Assembly: GCA_964470405.1 (NCBI GenBank)
Contig: CAYYCV010000006.1
Coordinates: 1 to 58,192 of the forward strand
Source: an uncultured Bacillales bacterium
GTDB taxonomy: Bacteria > Bacillota > Bacilli > Paenibacillales > CAYYCV01
Direction of reading: 5' to 3'
Length of the DNA stretch: 58,192 nt
Shown: positions 1-13,808 of the stretch, one piece after another
How positions within the stretch are numbered: the stretch's first letter is position 1
Layout of the letters: every line of letters begins with the position of its first letter
Translations under genes and position numbers: made by a program
Notes under the pieces: generated by a model
The model's database searches: none
What the model was told of the DNA's origin: nothing
Seen by the model: only the letters and a program-made list of their open reading frames with translations

Positions 1-920
1 ATCCGCCGTTCTTCGCCAAGTGAGGCGAAAAACGTTCGACTTGATCCAGGTGGACAACCGGCCCGCCTATATCCCGAAAATAAAAGAAACGTTTCCCCAT
101 ATACCGATTGCGCTTTTTCTGCACTCCCTGACTTATGCCACGCCTGCAAGCGAGCAGCTCGCCCGCCATTTGTCCAAAGCCGACCTGATCATCGTCAACA
201 GCCATTCCCTCCGCGAAGAACTGACCCGGCTCTACCCGAATCTTCACCCTTCCATTCACGCTGTGCATCTCGGCGTCGATCTGGACCAATTCCACCCGCC
301 CAGCCGGAGGCAGAGAACCATGCTTCTGATCAAAAACAGACTGTCGCCGGCCCAATTCACCATCGTATACGCCGGAAGGATCATTCCCAGAAAAGGCATC
401 CCGACATTGATTCACGCCGTTCGCCTCGCGCGCGAATCCATTCCTTCCATCCAATTGGTGATCGCCGGAAAACCGAGCCATGCTTCTTATCTGACCTATC
501 TTAGAAATTTGGCCGTTTCTTTAAACGTGCCCATTCGTTTTATCGGACAAGTGTCCCACCAATATATGCATCAGGTTTACTGGTTTGCGGATTGTTTCGT
601 CTGCCCCTCGCAGCAGTACGAGGCTTTCGGCCTCGTCGTGGCGGAAGCAGCCGCCTCCGGCACGCCCGTCGTCGCCTCGCGCAACGGCGGCATCGCCGAA
701 ATCGTCGAGCACCGGAAAGAGGGCTTGCTCGTCGACGATTACACGAATCCGCAAGCCTTCGCGCTGCAAATCGTCCGGCTCGCATCCGACCCGTACCTGC
801 GCAAGCAGCTTGCCAGGCAAAGCCGATTGAAGATGGAGCAGGATTTCAGTTGGCGCCATACGGCCTCTCAATTGAAAAGTATCTACATCGATTACGCCGG
901 GCGGAGAGGGGAGAAAGGAA

Positions 921-3891
<2,971 letters not shown>

Positions 3892-5007
3892 TCAACTCCC
3901 CCGATTTACATTTCCTTGCGAAACCCGGTAGATCCGGGCATGCCCGAGTCTGTTCAAATCCACGCTTTCCACGCCGGTGGAGGTGATGAAAGTTTGAACT
4001 TTATTTTGAAACATCCCGATCAACTGCGTTTGCCTGCCGCGATCCAATTCGGAGAGAACATCGTCCAACAAAAGAATCGGATATTCGCCCGCCTCCTCGC
4101 AAATCAGCTCGATTTCAGCCAATTTCAACGATAGCGCGGTCGTTCGCTGCTGCCCCTGCGAAGCGTAGGATTGAACCTCTTTTCCATTAATAAAAAAGGC
4201 CATATCGTCGCGATGAGGCCCGATTAAGGTCATGCCTCTTTTCAATTCCTGTTCCTTCACCTGTGATAACCTTATCATAAATTGCTCAAATAGAACAGCT
4301 TCATCATCCTTTTCGTCCAATTCCAAAGAAGGCTGGTATTCAATCGTTAATCGCTCGCCATGATTCGTGATCTCGGTATGAATTTGCTCGGCCCACTTTT
4401 GCAGCTTTTTTATAAAGTGTTGACGTTTCCGCATAATTTTAACACCGTTCTCGACAAGCTGGACATTCCAAACGTCCATTAAATCGGGATCGGCCGCTTT
4501 GAAATTTTGATTTTTCAACAGATTGTTGCGCTGCGCCAAAATTTTTTGATATTGCACCAAATGATGAAGATAAGCCGGCTGCACTTGCCCGATCTCCATG
4601 TCCAAAAAACGCCGCCGCGTTCCCGGCGCTCCCTTCACAATCTCCAGATCTTCCGGCGCGAACATCACCACGTTGAGAATGCCGATGAACTCGCTTAATT
4701 TTCTTTGCTCCAAACCGTTGACCAGCGCTTTTTTTCCCAATGAAGATATGCTTAAATCCAGTTTGCAGCCACCGTATTTTTTCTCCACTTCACAATGAAG
4801 AAAGGCGGAATCTTCGTTCCACCTGATCAATTCTTTGTCTTTATGCGTGCGGTGGGATTTGCTCAACGCCATGGCAAAAATGGCCTCCAGCAAATTGGTT
4901 TTGCCCTGGGCATTCGGGCCGATAAACAGATGAATGTCCCCTTCGATATCCAGATCGACATATTCGTAATTACGGTAATTTTTCAACGTTATTTTTTTCA
5001 GGAACAA
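3892..5007 (-). CDS. recF: DNA replication and repair protein RecF
   Basis: 371 aa. Walker A GPNAQGKTNLLEAI and signature LLLDDVLSELD. Conserved synteny. Confidence 0.97.
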   Translation of the reverse strand: MFLKKITLKNYRNYEYVDLDIEGDIHLFIGPNAQGKTNLLEAIFAMALSKSHRTHKDKELIRWNEDSAFLHCEVEKKYGGCKLDLSISSLGKKALVNGLEQRKLSEFIGILNVVMFAPEDLEIVKGAPGTRRRFLDMEIGQVQPAYLHHLVQYQKILAQRNNLLKNQNFKAADPDLMDVWNVQLVENGVKIMRKRQHFIKKLQKWAEQIHTEITNHGERLTIEYQPSLELDEKDDEAVLFEQFMIRLSQVKEQELKRGMTLIGPHRDDMAFFINGKEVQSYASQGQQRTTALSLKLAEIELICEEAGEYPILLLDDVLSELDRGRQTQLIGMFQNKVQTFITSTGVESVDLNRLGHARIYRVSQGNVNRGS

Positions 5008-5040
5008 ACCGCTTCCCCCAACCGCTGTCGTTTCTCCAAC

Positions 5041-5256
5041 CTACGTCCGAACGACCTGAAACTTTCCAAATCCTTCGATTTCCACAACATCTCCGGGATA
5101 AAGCTTTTTTCCCCGCCGCCGTTCCTCTTCGCCATTCACCCGTATCCGGTTCGCAAGAAGAAACGCTTTGGCCTGCCCTCCCGTATCAATGCAGCCCGAC
5201 CATTTTAAAAACTGTCCGAGAGCGATATACTCCGTCCGGATCGATACCTCATTCAT
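5041..5256 (-). CDS. yaaA: S4-domain RNA-binding protein YaaA
   Basis: 71 aa S4-like protein between dnaN and recF. Confidence 0.85.
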   Translation of the reverse strand: MNEVSIRTEYIALGQFLKWSGCIDTGGQAKAFLLANRIRVNGEEERRRGKKLYPGDVVEIEGFGKFQVVRT

Positions 5257-5271
5257 GCGCCTTTATTCCTC

Positions 5272-6417
5272 TCAATTGGTCGTTCGATACGGCAAAATCA
5301 AATGGAGCATGCGAATGTCGGACTTCGGCTTGACGATAATCGGACTCATCGCTCCGGTGAAACCGATATAAACCAATTCGCTGTCGATCGTTTTCAACAC
5401 ATCGAGCATATATTTTGAATTAAAGGAAATTTTAAGTTCTCTTTCTCCGGCAAACTCGGCCAATTCAATTTGCTCCGTTACCTTCCCCAATTCCGAAGAG
5501 CTGGAGGAAATCTCAATCGATCGATCTTCACTCGTCGTCAGCTTGACGATATTGGATTTATCTTCCCGCGACAGCAAGTAAGCGCGGTCGATCGCATCCA
5601 TCAGTTTCCTCGTGTTGATCACCAGTTCCGTTTTGAAGCTTTGGGGAATGATCTTCGAGGTTTCCGGATAATTTCCGTCCAGTATTCTGGAATAAAACAA
5701 AACCGAATTCATTCTGAACAAAATTTGATTATCCGAGGAAACAATATCGATCATCTGGCTTTGATCCGGTATGATTTTATTCAGTTCGTTCAACGTTTTT
5801 CCCGGAATCACCGTATTATAAATTTGCAATTCGTCGTCGCAATCGATGTCTACGTCCCGAAAAGCCAGCCTGTGGCGGTCGGTTGCCGTTAATTTGAACG
5901 ACTTGTCCTTCACCGTCAGCAGCACGCCCGTCAATATCGGAGTAGCTTCATTGATGGACACGGCAAATCCGGTTTGCCGGACCATGGTTTTCAACAGTAA
6001 TCCGTCCATCACGACGCATTTTTTCTCATCGATCCGGGGAAGCACCGGAAATTCCTCGGGGTCCATACCGACGAGTTGAATTTCGGAAGATCCGGAGCGA
6101 ATCAATGTGGTGAAATGCTCGTTTACTTCGATTTCCACGTTGTCGTCAGGCAGTTTTCTTACGATTTCGATAAAAAACTTCGCGGGGATCACTACGCCCC
6201 CCGGATTAACCAGGCGAATCACTTCCTTCCCTTCCTTCAATATGGGAATGAAGCTTTGAATCGTGATGTCGGTATCGCTTGCCGTAAGCGTAAGGCCGCT
6301 GGCGTTCAATTCCATTTTGATGCCGCTCAAAATAGGAATCGGGCTTTTGCTGGAGGTCGCTTTGGCAACGTGATTGATGGATTCGTTCAAATCGTCTTTC
6401 AGTATGGTCAATTTCAA
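5272..6417 (-). CDS. dnaN: DNA polymerase III beta sliding clamp
   Basis: Clamp-like sequence throughout. I prefer the TTG at 6417 (MKLTILKDDL), 9 nt after GGAG, over the ORF-track start at 6426. Confidence 0.95.
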   Translation of the reverse strand: MKLTILKDDLNESINHVAKATSSKSPIPILSGIKMELNASGLTLTASDTDITIQSFIPILKEGKEVIRLVNPGGVVIPAKFFIEIVRKLPDDNVEIEVNEHFTTLIRSGSSEIQLVGMDPEEFPVLPRIDEKKCVVMDGLLLKTMVRQTGFAVSINEATPILTGVLLTVKDKSFKLTATDRHRLAFRDVDIDCDDELQIYNTVIPGKTLNELNKIIPDQSQMIDIVSSDNQILFRMNSVLFYSRILDGNYPETSKIIPQSFKTELVINTRKLMDAIDRAYLLSREDKSNIVKLTTSEDRSIEISSSSSELGKVTEQIELAEFAGERELKISFNSKYMLDVLKTIDSELVYIGFTGAMSPIIVKPKSDIRMLHLILPYRTTN

Positions 6418-6426
6418 GGCGGTCAA

Positions 6427-6586
6427 CTCCTGTATATTCAGTTTCGGTAATGTTATTTTACCATATAATTATGTTAAATCTTTTTATAGTAATAGTAGGG
6501 ACGCAGAATATGTGGATATGTCACTGTGCGGCGGGATTTAAAGCTTTTTTGCCTGTTTACAGTTTGTGAATAAATTCTGCACGCAT
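6427..6586. other. oriC downstream module (incC-like) with DnaA boxes, GC cluster, DnaA-trio-like repeats and an AT-rich candidate unwinding element
   Basis: TGTGAATAA at 6565-6573 and TGTGGATAT at 6511-6519 each differ by 1 nt from TGTGGATAA. GGGACGC is followed by TAGTAATAGTAG at 6487-6498, then an AT-rich tract at about 6440-6486. Confidence 0.8.
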
Positions 6587-7945
6587 TCAGGTTAAATTTT
6601 TAATTCGGTCTTTGATGTTATGAATGACTTTATAAAGCTCTTGGTCCACTTGCATCGTCTTCGAGATTTTGTCGTGGGCGTGAATGACCGTTGTGTGATC
6701 CCTTCCGCCGAAAGCTTCTCCGATTTTGGGCAGGGAGAAGTCGGTCAATTCACGCGACAGGTACATGGCCACCTGGCGCGGGAAAGCGATCGCTTTCGTT
6801 CTTTTTCTGGCCGAGAAATCCTCAAGCCGCAAGCCGAAGTAATCGCCGACTTTTTGCTGAATGTCCTGAATGGTTATCACTTTCGGACGGTTGGAAGGAA
6901 TGATGTCCTTCAGCGCTTCCGCGGCCAGATGGGCGGTGATGTCGGCGTTGATCAATGAAGAATAGGCGACGACGCGAATCAATGCCCCTTCCAATTCCCG
7001 GATGTTCGTATCGATTTGATTGGCTATGTACATCATGGCTTCATTCGGAATATCGAGGTTTTCCGCTTTTGCTTTTTTTCTCAATATAGCGATTCTCGTT
7101 TCCAGATCGGGAGGCTGGATGTCGGTGATCAGTCCCCACTCGAATCGGGACCTGAGCCGCTCTTCAAGAGTCGGAATTTCCTTCGGCGGCCGGTCGCTGG
7201 AAATTACGATTTGTTTCCTTTCTTCGTGCAGCGCGTTGAAGGTGTGGAAAAATTCTTCCTGCGTCCCGTCCTTTCCGGCCAAAAACTGGATATCGTCAAT
7301 CAGCAAAATATCGATGTTCCTGTATTTGTTGCGAAAGCTTTCGCCGCGATTGTCGCGAATGGCGTTGATAAATTCATTGGTGAATTTCTCGGAGGATATA
7401 TAGAGAACGCGGGTGTCCGGATTGTGCTCCAAAATGTAGTGGCCGATCGCATGCATCAGGTGGGTTTTCCCCAATCCGACGCCGCCGTACAAAAACAGCG
7501 GATTGTACGCTTTGGCCGGAGCTTCGGCAACGGCGAGCGACGCGGCGTGCGCGAAGCGGTTGCCCGCCCCGATGACGAAAGTGTCAAACGTATATTTGGG
7601 GTTCAGCATATGCGAAAAAGGTTCATCGTTTTGACGTTTTTGCCTAACGGGCACGGAGGAAGCGGAAGGGTCGGAAGCGTCGTTCTTCTGGCTTTCGTCC
7701 TCGATGACGATTTTGATGTCGACTTCCCAGCCGATCACGTCCAGCACGGTGTTCGAAATCAATTTGATGTATCTTGTTTCAAGCCATTCCTGACAAAATT
7801 TATTGGGTGCGCAAATGACGAGCATCGATTCGTCAAAATTTAGTGCTTTTGTCGATTTAAGCCAAGTATCAAAGCTTGGTTTGCTTAATTTTTGTTGAAT
7901 AGAAGACAGCGTTTCTTGCCAAAGCTCATCAATATGGCTCTCCAC
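6587..7945 (-). CDS. dnaA: Chromosomal replication initiator DnaA
   Basis: 452 aa. AAA+ Walker [11 protein letters not shown] and a C-terminal DnaA-box binding domain. GTG start lies 10 nt after AAGGAG. Confidence 0.98.
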   Translation of the reverse strand: MESHIDELWQETLSSIQQKLSKPSFDTWLKSTKALNFDESMLVICAPNKFCQEWLETRYIKLISNTVLDVIGWEVDIKIVIEDESQKNDASDPSASSVPVRQKRQNDEPFSHMLNPKYTFDTFVIGAGNRFAHAASLAVAEAPAKAYNPLFLYGGVGLGKTHLMHAIGHYILEHNPDTRVLYISSEKFTNEFINAIRDNRGESFRNKYRNIDILLIDDIQFLAGKDGTQEEFFHTFNALHEERKQIVISSDRPPKEIPTLEERLRSRFEWGLITDIQPPDLETRIAILRKKAKAENLDIPNEAMMYIANQIDTNIRELEGALIRVVAYSSLINADITAHLAAEALKDIIPSNRPKVITIQDIQQKVGDYFGLRLEDFSARKRTKAIAFPRQVAMYLSRELTDFSLPKIGEAFGGRDHTTVIHAHDKISKTMQVDQELYKVIHNIKDRIKNLT

Positions 7946-8423
7946 TGTGGTTTCACTCCTTTAAAATTATAGCGCTGTGGCTTAAGCCATGGATATAGTG
8001 GAAGAATGCAAAGAGAAACAGAGGGGTGGTTTGTCCATAGGGAAAAAAATTGTTAACAAAGTTATCCACAATTTGTTGATATTTCTGAGGAAACGACAAA
8101 CTTATTCACAAAGAAACAATTTTATGATATCAAAATGGGGGGTGTATTTCAATCAATTTAATTTTTCTGTCCACAATCACACGATGTTGTGTATAAGCTT
8201 GTCTACATCACTAGATATTGTTGATATATTGTTTATATTTACGACAATTTTCGTTTTTTTATTTTTTTTATTCACAGTGGATATGTTTAAAAAAATTTTT
8301 TTTTGCCTTTTTCCGGCATGACAATTGACTTTTACTTTTCAAAGTGATTTAATTTATAAGGATGTATGTGCGAAGCGACAGGCCGTTTATTTTGAATGTT
8401 TTCCTTAAGGGGGTGCGATATAG
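7946..8423. other. oriC upstream module (incA/B-like DnaA-box cluster), also holding the dnaA and rpmH promoters
   Basis: Perfect TTATCCACA at 8062-8070 and TTATTCACA at 8102-8110. Weaker boxes at 8030-8038, 8167-8175, 8199-8207 and 8276-8284. Very AT-rich from 8221 to 8320. Confidence 0.8.
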
Positions 8424-8558
8424 ATGAAACCTACATTTAGGCCGAATGTAAGCAAGCGCAAGAAAGTTCACGGTTTCCGAAAAAGGATGAGTACGAAAAA
8501 TGGTCGTAAAGTACTCGCCGCTCGCCGCAAAAAAGGCAGAAAAGTTTTATCCGCTTAA
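8424..8558 (+). CDS. rpmH: 50S ribosomal protein L34
   Basis: My own translation gives [44 protein letters not shown]. It is absent from the ORF track because it is under 60 aa. RBS is AAGGGGG. Confidence 0.97.
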   Translation: MKPTFRPNVSKRKKVHGFRKRMSTKNGRKVLAARRKKGRKVLSA

Positions 8559-8571
8559 CCGGCGTTCACTG

Positions 8572-8601
8572 AAGCAGGTCACTCAGGTGGCCTGCTTTTT
8601 T
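8572..8601 (+). terminator. Hairpin plus T-run between rpmH and rnpA (attenuator or partial terminator)
   Basis: AGCAGG...CCTGCT stem followed by TTTTTT. Confidence 0.5.
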
Positions 8602-8630
8602 AAAAGCAACTGATTGAATGGGGCGTTTCC

Positions 8631-8993
8631 ATGCAAAAAAAATTTCGGTTGACAAACGGCCAGGATTTCAATAAAGTGTATCGCTTCGGAAAATCGGCCG
8701 CCAATCGCCAATTTGTGGTTTACTATCTTGAAAATCGCACCGTGGAACAATTTCGCCTGGGCATATCCGTGAGCAAGAAGGTTGGAACCGCGGTTGTCCG
8801 AAACCGGATGCGCCGATTGGTGAAAGAAATCGTAAGGCATCACGAACGCGAACTGAGCCCGCATCACGATTTTGTTTTTATCGTCCGGAAGCCGGCGCTT
8901 CCGATGGATTACGGCGATTTGGAAAAAAGCGTTTTGCACGTACTGAAAAAAGCGGCGCTTGTCCGGCACAAAAATAATGGGCCGAAACAGTAA
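8631..8993 (+). CDS. rnpA: Ribonuclease P protein component
   Basis: 120 aa basic protein directly after rpmH, with an RnpA-like sequence. Confidence 0.93.
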   Translation: MQKKFRLTNGQDFNKVYRFGKSAANRQFVVYYLENRTVEQFRLGISVSKKVGTAVVRNRMRRLVKEIVRHHERELSPHHDFVFIVRKPALPMDYGDLEKSVLHVLKKAALVRHKNNGPKQ

Positions 8994-9068
8994 CAGTTTC
9001 ATTGTCGCGGGATATATGTTATAGTTTATTTTGGAAAAGGACGCAGAAGCTATAGGAGGAATAAGATT

Positions 9069-9809
9069 TTGTTTCGTAAAATTTATAGATGGGCGCCGCT
9101 TTTTTTTATTCTTGTTTTTCTTTCAGGCTGTACTCCAAGCAGCTACAGTAAACCGATCGATCCGGTCAATGGCGGATGGTGGGACAAGGTTGTATATCCG
9201 GTTTCGGTTACGTTGGACTGGTTTGCCGATTTGTTGTGGGGACAATACGGGTTGTCGATCATGATTGTGACCATTATTGTCAGGCTGATCATACTGCCTT
9301 TGTCTTTGAAGCAATACCGCAGTTCGAAGCAGATGCAGGCGATTCAGCCGGAATTGAAGAAATTGAAAGAAAAGTACAAAAACGATACGAAGAAGCAGCA
9401 GGAAGAAACGATGAAGCTGTTTCAGCAGCATGGAGTCAATCCGCTGGCCGGATGCTTTCCGCTGATTATTCAAATGCCGATTTTGATCGCGTTGTACCAT
9501 GCGATTATCCGCGATCCGGAAATCAAGAGCAGCCATTTTCTCTGGTTGGAGTTGGGCGCGCACGATCCCTTTGTCCTCCCGATTCTTGCTGCGATCACCA
9601 CCTTTGTTCAGCAGAAAATCATGTCGTCTCAAAATCCGATGAATTCACAGATGAAAGGTTTGATGTACGTTTTTCCGGTTCTTATATTTATCATGGCAAG
9701 GAGCTTTCCTTCGGCTTTGCCGCTTTACTGGGTTTGCGGTAACTTATTCATGATTGTGCAAACTTATTTTATATACGGACGACCTAATAAGGGAGGTCAG
9801 CACAAGTGA
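9069..9809 (+). CDS. yidC: Membrane protein insertase YidC (SpoIIIJ/YqjG type lipoprotein)
   Basis: Lipobox LSGC, a 60-kDa inner-membrane insertase core, and conserved synteny. Confidence 0.93.
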   Translation: MFRKIYRWAPLFFILVFLSGCTPSSYSKPIDPVNGGWWDKVVYPVSVTLDWFADLLWGQYGLSIMIVTIIVRLIILPLSLKQYRSSKQMQAIQPELKKLKEKYKNDTKKQQEETMKLFQQHGVNPLAGCFPLIIQMPILIALYHAIIRDPEIKSSHFLWLELGAHDPFVLPILAAITTFVQQKIMSSQNPMNSQMKGLMYVFPVLIFIMARSFPSALPLYWVCGNLFMIVQTYFIYGRPNKGGQHK

Positions 9810-10423
9810 AGAAAATTTCAGTGACTGGAAAAACGGTGGATGATGCTATTCAAGCCGGATTAAAAGAACTGAATGCTACCGAAGATCAGGTTAAGATCCA
9901 AATTATCGAGCAGCCGAACAAAGGTTTGTTCGGGCTGATTGGCTCCAAGGAAGCCAAAATTGAAATGGAATTGATTCCCGATCCGTTGGAGGAAGCCGCT
10001 CGCTTCCTCGAATCGGTTTTTGACGCGATGCGGCTCGATCTCAAGCTGGAGCGGCAGGATAGCCCCGACGGCGTCGTTTTAAATATGACAGGCGATGAAT
10101 TGGGCATCCTGATTGGCCGTAGAGGTCAAACATTGGATGCGCTTCAATTTCTCACGAATATTGTGGCTAACCGGTACTCCACACAGCATCTTCGGATCAT
10201 TCTCGACGCCGAAAATTTTCGCGAGCGACGAAAAGAAACGCTGCAAAATTTGTCGCGCCGCTTGGCCGATCGCGTTGTGCGAACGAAAAGCGAAATTGTG
10301 CTGGAGCCGATGTCTCCCCAGGAACGGAAGGTCATCCATTCCTGCCTTCAAAATCATCAATGGGTGAAAACCTTCAGCAAAGGAGAAGACCCGAATCGAA
10401 GAGTTGTGATTGCTTTAAAATAA
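9806..10423 (+). CDS. jag: Jag/KhpB RNA-binding protein (KH + R3H)
   Basis: 205 aa. Jag_N, KH and R3H-like regions. Follows yidC. Confidence 0.9.
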   Translation: MKKISVTGKTVDDAIQAGLKELNATEDQVKIQIIEQPNKGLFGLIGSKEAKIEMELIPDPLEEAARFLESVFDAMRLDLKLERQDSPDGVVLNMTGDELGILIGRRGQTLDALQFLTNIVANRYSTQHLRIILDAENFRERRKETLQNLSRRLADRVVRTKSEIVLEPMSPQERKVIHSCLQNHQWVKTFSKGEDPNRRVVIALK

Positions 10424-10432
10424 AGAACATGG

Positions 10433-10471
10433 CAATGACTTCGCTTGCGCTCAAGGGGTCATTGTTTTTTT
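10433..10471 (+). terminator. Rho-independent terminator after jag
   Basis: CAATGAC...GTCATTG stem followed by TTTTTTT. Confidence 0.7.
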
Positions 10472-10510
10472 GACTTTACTTTGTAAACGACCTCAAAGGT
10501 AGTGGTTTTT

Positions 10511-11887
10511 ATGATAACAGACACGATTGCGGCGATATCGACGCCTTTGGGGGAGGGCGGCATTGCCGTCATTCGCGTTAGCGGCCCGGAATCCATCGAT
10601 CGGGTGGAACGGGTTTTTTCTTCCAAAGGCAGGTTGTCCGAAGCGGAATCCCACACGGTGCATTATGGCCGAATAAAGGATTCCGAGCACGGGCAGGCGA
10701 TAGAAGAAGTGCTGGTCACCCTGATGCGCGCTCCGCGTTCGTTTACGATGGAGGATGTGGTTGAAGTCAACTGCCATGGCGGAATCATTTCCGTCAAGAA
10801 GGTTCTTCATGTGCTGCTCGATCAGGGGATTCGCTTGGCGGAGCCGGGGGAGTTTACCCGAAGGGCTTTTTTAAACGGACGCATTGATTTATCGCAGGCC
10901 GAAGCTGTCATCGACTTGATTCGCTCCAAATCGGATCGGGCGTTTTCTGTCGCCTTGCGGCAGGTAGAGGGTCGCTTATCCCAAAAAATCAAGCAGCTTC
11001 GGCAAAAGCTGGTTGAAACAATGGCCCATATCGAGGTGAACATCGATTATCCCGAGCATGATGTGGAAGAATTAACGCAAGCTTTTATTTTAAATCAATG
11101 CCGTATGGCAACGGATGAAATCATACTGCTTTTGGATCACGCCAAACAGGGAAAGATTTTAAGGGAGGGCATCGTTACCGCTATCGTTGGCCGGCCGAAT
11201 GTCGGGAAGTCTTCGCTGTTGAATGAGCTGGCTCAGGAAAATCGCGCTATTGTGACGGATGTTCCCGGAACGACAAGAGATGTGATCGAGGAATTTGTGT
11301 CGGTCGGAGGAATACCGTTGCGGTTGTTGGATACCGCGGGAATTCGCGAGACGGCCGATATCGTGGAACGGCTCGGCGTGGAGAAATCCAGAAATGCCCT
11401 TTCCCAGGCCGATCTAATTTTGTTAGTATTGAATTACAACGATTCTTTGCATGAGGATGAAATCCAGTGGATGGCCCAATTGAAAAACAGGCCTTTGATC
11501 GTCATTATCAATAAGACCGATTTGCCGGGCCGAATCGACCTGGATGATTTGGAAGCTCGTTTTCCCAAGGATCGGATCGTGCGCATGTCGTTGGCAAATC
11601 ACCAGGGAGTGCCGGAGTTGGAGAACGTGTTGTCCGGGATGTTCCTCAGCGGCGGGCTGGAGGCCGATGACTTGACTTATGTCAGCAACGCCAGACATAT
11701 TCATTTGTTGAAACAGGCGCGGGAGCATTTGCGCGAAGCGATAGAGGCTGCCGAACAACGGATTCCGATCGATATGATTCAGATCGATATCCGAAGCGCG
11801 TGGGAGCGTTTGGGGGAAATTATCGGCGATGCGGTCGAGGATTCGTTGCTGGATCAGATTTTTTCCCAATTCTGTTTGGGCAAATAA
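10511..11887 (+). CDS. mnmE: tRNA modification GTPase MnmE
   Basis: N-terminal DTIAAISTPLGEGGIAVIRVSG, G domain GRPNVGKSSLLN, C-terminal CLGK. The ATG at 10511 is preferred over the GTG at 10502. Confidence 0.96.
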   Translation: MITDTIAAISTPLGEGGIAVIRVSGPESIDRVERVFSSKGRLSEAESHTVHYGRIKDSEHGQAIEEVLVTLMRAPRSFTMEDVVEVNCHGGIISVKKVLHVLLDQGIRLAEPGEFTRRAFLNGRIDLSQAEAVIDLIRSKSDRAFSVALRQVEGRLSQKIKQLRQKLVETMAHIEVNIDYPEHDVEELTQAFILNQCRMATDEIILLLDHAKQGKILREGIVTAIVGRPNVGKSSLLNELAQENRAIVTDVPGTTRDVIEEFVSVGGIPLRLLDTAGIRETADIVERLGVEKSRNALSQADLILLVLNYNDSLHEDEIQWMAQLKNRPLIVIINKTDLPGRIDLDDLEARFPKDRIVRMSLANHQGVPELENVLSGMFLSGGLEADDLTYVSNARHIHLLKQAREHLREAIEAAEQRIPIDMIQIDIRSAWERLGEIIGDAVEDSLLDQIFSQFCLGK

Positions 11888-11917
11888 TAAAATGGCCATG
11901 GAAATGGAGGGTTTGTT

Positions 11918-13807
11918 ATGGGATACACGGCAGGGGAATATGATGTCATCGTGATTGGCGCCGGCCATGCCGGTTGCGAATCGGCTTTGGCCGCCGCCAG
12001 GATGGGTTGCCGGACGCTGCTTATTACGATAAATCTCGATATGATTGCGTTCATGCCTTGCAATCCGTCCATTGGCGGTCCGGCGAAAGGCCATGTCGTT
12101 CGAGAGATTGATGCGCTCGGCGGAGAGATGGGGCGGAATATTGACCAGACCTATATTCAAATGAGAATGTTGAATACGGGGAAAGGCCCTGCCGTCCATG
12201 CGCTTCGCGCTCAGGCCGATAAAGTCCTTTATCAGAAAACGATGAAGGAAACGCTGGAAAAAACGAAAAATTTGGTTTTGCGGCAGGGGATGGTCGAGGA
12301 GCTCATCGTTGTAGAAGGCGCCTGCGTCGGAGTGGTAACCAAAACCGGCGCGGAATACCGCAGCAAGGTGACGGTATTAACGACGGGAACTTATTTGAGA
12401 GGGAAAGTGATCTTGGGCGAACTGATGTACGAGAGCGGACCGAACAATCAGCAGCCGTCGATCAAATTGTCGGAATGCTTGCGCGATCTCGGCTTTGAAC
12501 TGGTGCGGTTCAAGACGGGGACGCCGCCGCGGGTGCACAAGGATTCGATTGATTTCGACAAAACCGAAATCCAGCCGGGGGATGAGCATCCTCAATTTTT
12601 TTCGTATGAAACGGAGGATGAGCCGAAAGAGCAATTGCCTTGTTGGTTAACGTACACTTCGGCCGACACCCATCGCATTATCAGCGACAATTTGCATCGC
12701 GCCCCGATGTTTTCCGGCGCGATTGAGGGTACAGGTCCGCGATATTGCCCTTCGATCGAAGATAAGATCGTCCGTTTCAGCGATAAGCCGAAGCATCAAA
12801 TTTTTCTCGAACCGGAGGGCCGATACACTTCCGAATACTATGTGCAAGGGTTGTCGACCAGCATGCCGGAAGATGTGCAATTGCGCATCCTGCATTCGGT
12901 TGTCGGATTGGAAAGGGCGACCATGATGCGCTCCGGTTACGCAATCGAATATGACGCGATTGTTCCGACCCAGTTGTGGCCTTCTTTGGAAACGAAGCGG
13001 GTTTCCAATCTGTTTACCGCGGGCCAAATCAACGGTACGTCCGGTTATGAGGAAGCGGCGGGGCAAGGCATTATGGCCGGAATTAATGCGGCCAGGAAAG
13101 TGCAAGGCCGCGAGCCGTTGATTTTGGATCGGGCGCAGGGATATATTGGGGTGTTGATCGACGATCTGGTCACGAAGGGAACCAACGAACCGTATCGATT
13201 GCTGACATCCAGGGCCGAGTACAGATTGTTGCTGCGTCATGACAACGCCGATTTGCGATTGACGCCCGCGGGATACGGCATCGGGCTGATTTCGGAAGAA
13301 AGGTATGGCAAGTTTTTGCATAAGAAGCAGATGATCGAACAGGAGATCGAACGTTTGAAAATGACGAAGGTCAAGCCGGACTTGCTTGTGCAGTCCGTGT
13401 TGGAGAAGGCGGGCTCGGCGCCGCTGGACAACGGGGTGCAGCTTATTTCGCTGCTGCGCCGTCCGGAGATTTCCTACAGCCACATCGAAGAAATCTCGGC
13501 GTCCCCGCTTGATCTGAGTCATGAGATGAAAGAGCAAGTTGAAATTCAAATCAAGTACGAAGGGTATATCGAGAAGCAGATGATTCAGGTGGAGCGTTTG
13601 CGCAAAATGGAGAAAAAGAAGATTCCGGATCAGATTGATTATGCGCAAATTCATGGCATTGCGACGGAGGCGAAGCAGAAGTTATCGAAAGTTCGGCCGT
13701 TGTCGATCGGTCAAGCTTCGCGTATTTCCGGAGTTTCTCCCGCCGACATTTCGATACTGTTGGTGTATCTGGAGCATTTCAACAAGGTAGTGGCGGCGCG
13801 AGGTTGA
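11918..13807 (+). CDS. mnmG: tRNA uridine 5-carboxymethylaminomethyl modification enzyme MnmG
   Basis: 629 aa. FAD motif [12 protein letters not shown]. Conserved synteny. Confidence 0.97.
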   Translation: MGYTAGEYDVIVIGAGHAGCESALAAARMGCRTLLITINLDMIAFMPCNPSIGGPAKGHVVREIDALGGEMGRNIDQTYIQMRMLNTGKGPAVHALRAQADKVLYQKTMKETLEKTKNLVLRQGMVEELIVVEGACVGVVTKTGAEYRSKVTVLTTGTYLRGKVILGELMYESGPNNQQPSIKLSECLRDLGFELVRFKTGTPPRVHKDSIDFDKTEIQPGDEHPQFFSYETEDEPKEQLPCWLTYTSADTHRIISDNLHRAPMFSGAIEGTGPRYCPSIEDKIVRFSDKPKHQIFLEPEGRYTSEYYVQGLSTSMPEDVQLRILHSVVGLERATMMRSGYAIEYDAIVPTQLWPSLETKRVSNLFTAGQINGTSGYEEAAGQGIMAGINAARKVQGREPLILDRAQGYIGVLIDDLVTKGTNEPYRLLTSRAEYRLLLRHDNADLRLTPAGYGIGLISEERYGKFLHKKQMIEQEIERLKMTKVKPDLLVQSVLEKAGSAPLDNGVQLISLLRRPEISYSHIEEISASPLDLSHEMKEQVEIQIKYEGYIEKQMIQVERLRKMEKKKIPDQIDYAQIHGIATEAKQKLSKVRPLSIGQASRISGVSPADISILLVYLEHFNKVVAARG

Positions 13808-13808
13808 T

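Noticed and set aside
12647-13654. 335-aa ORF antisense to mnmG, plus similar antisense ORFs at 22698-23720, 14475-15152 and 11423-12199
   Set aside because: All lie opposite strongly conserved housekeeping genes and have low-complexity products. They are shadow ORFs.
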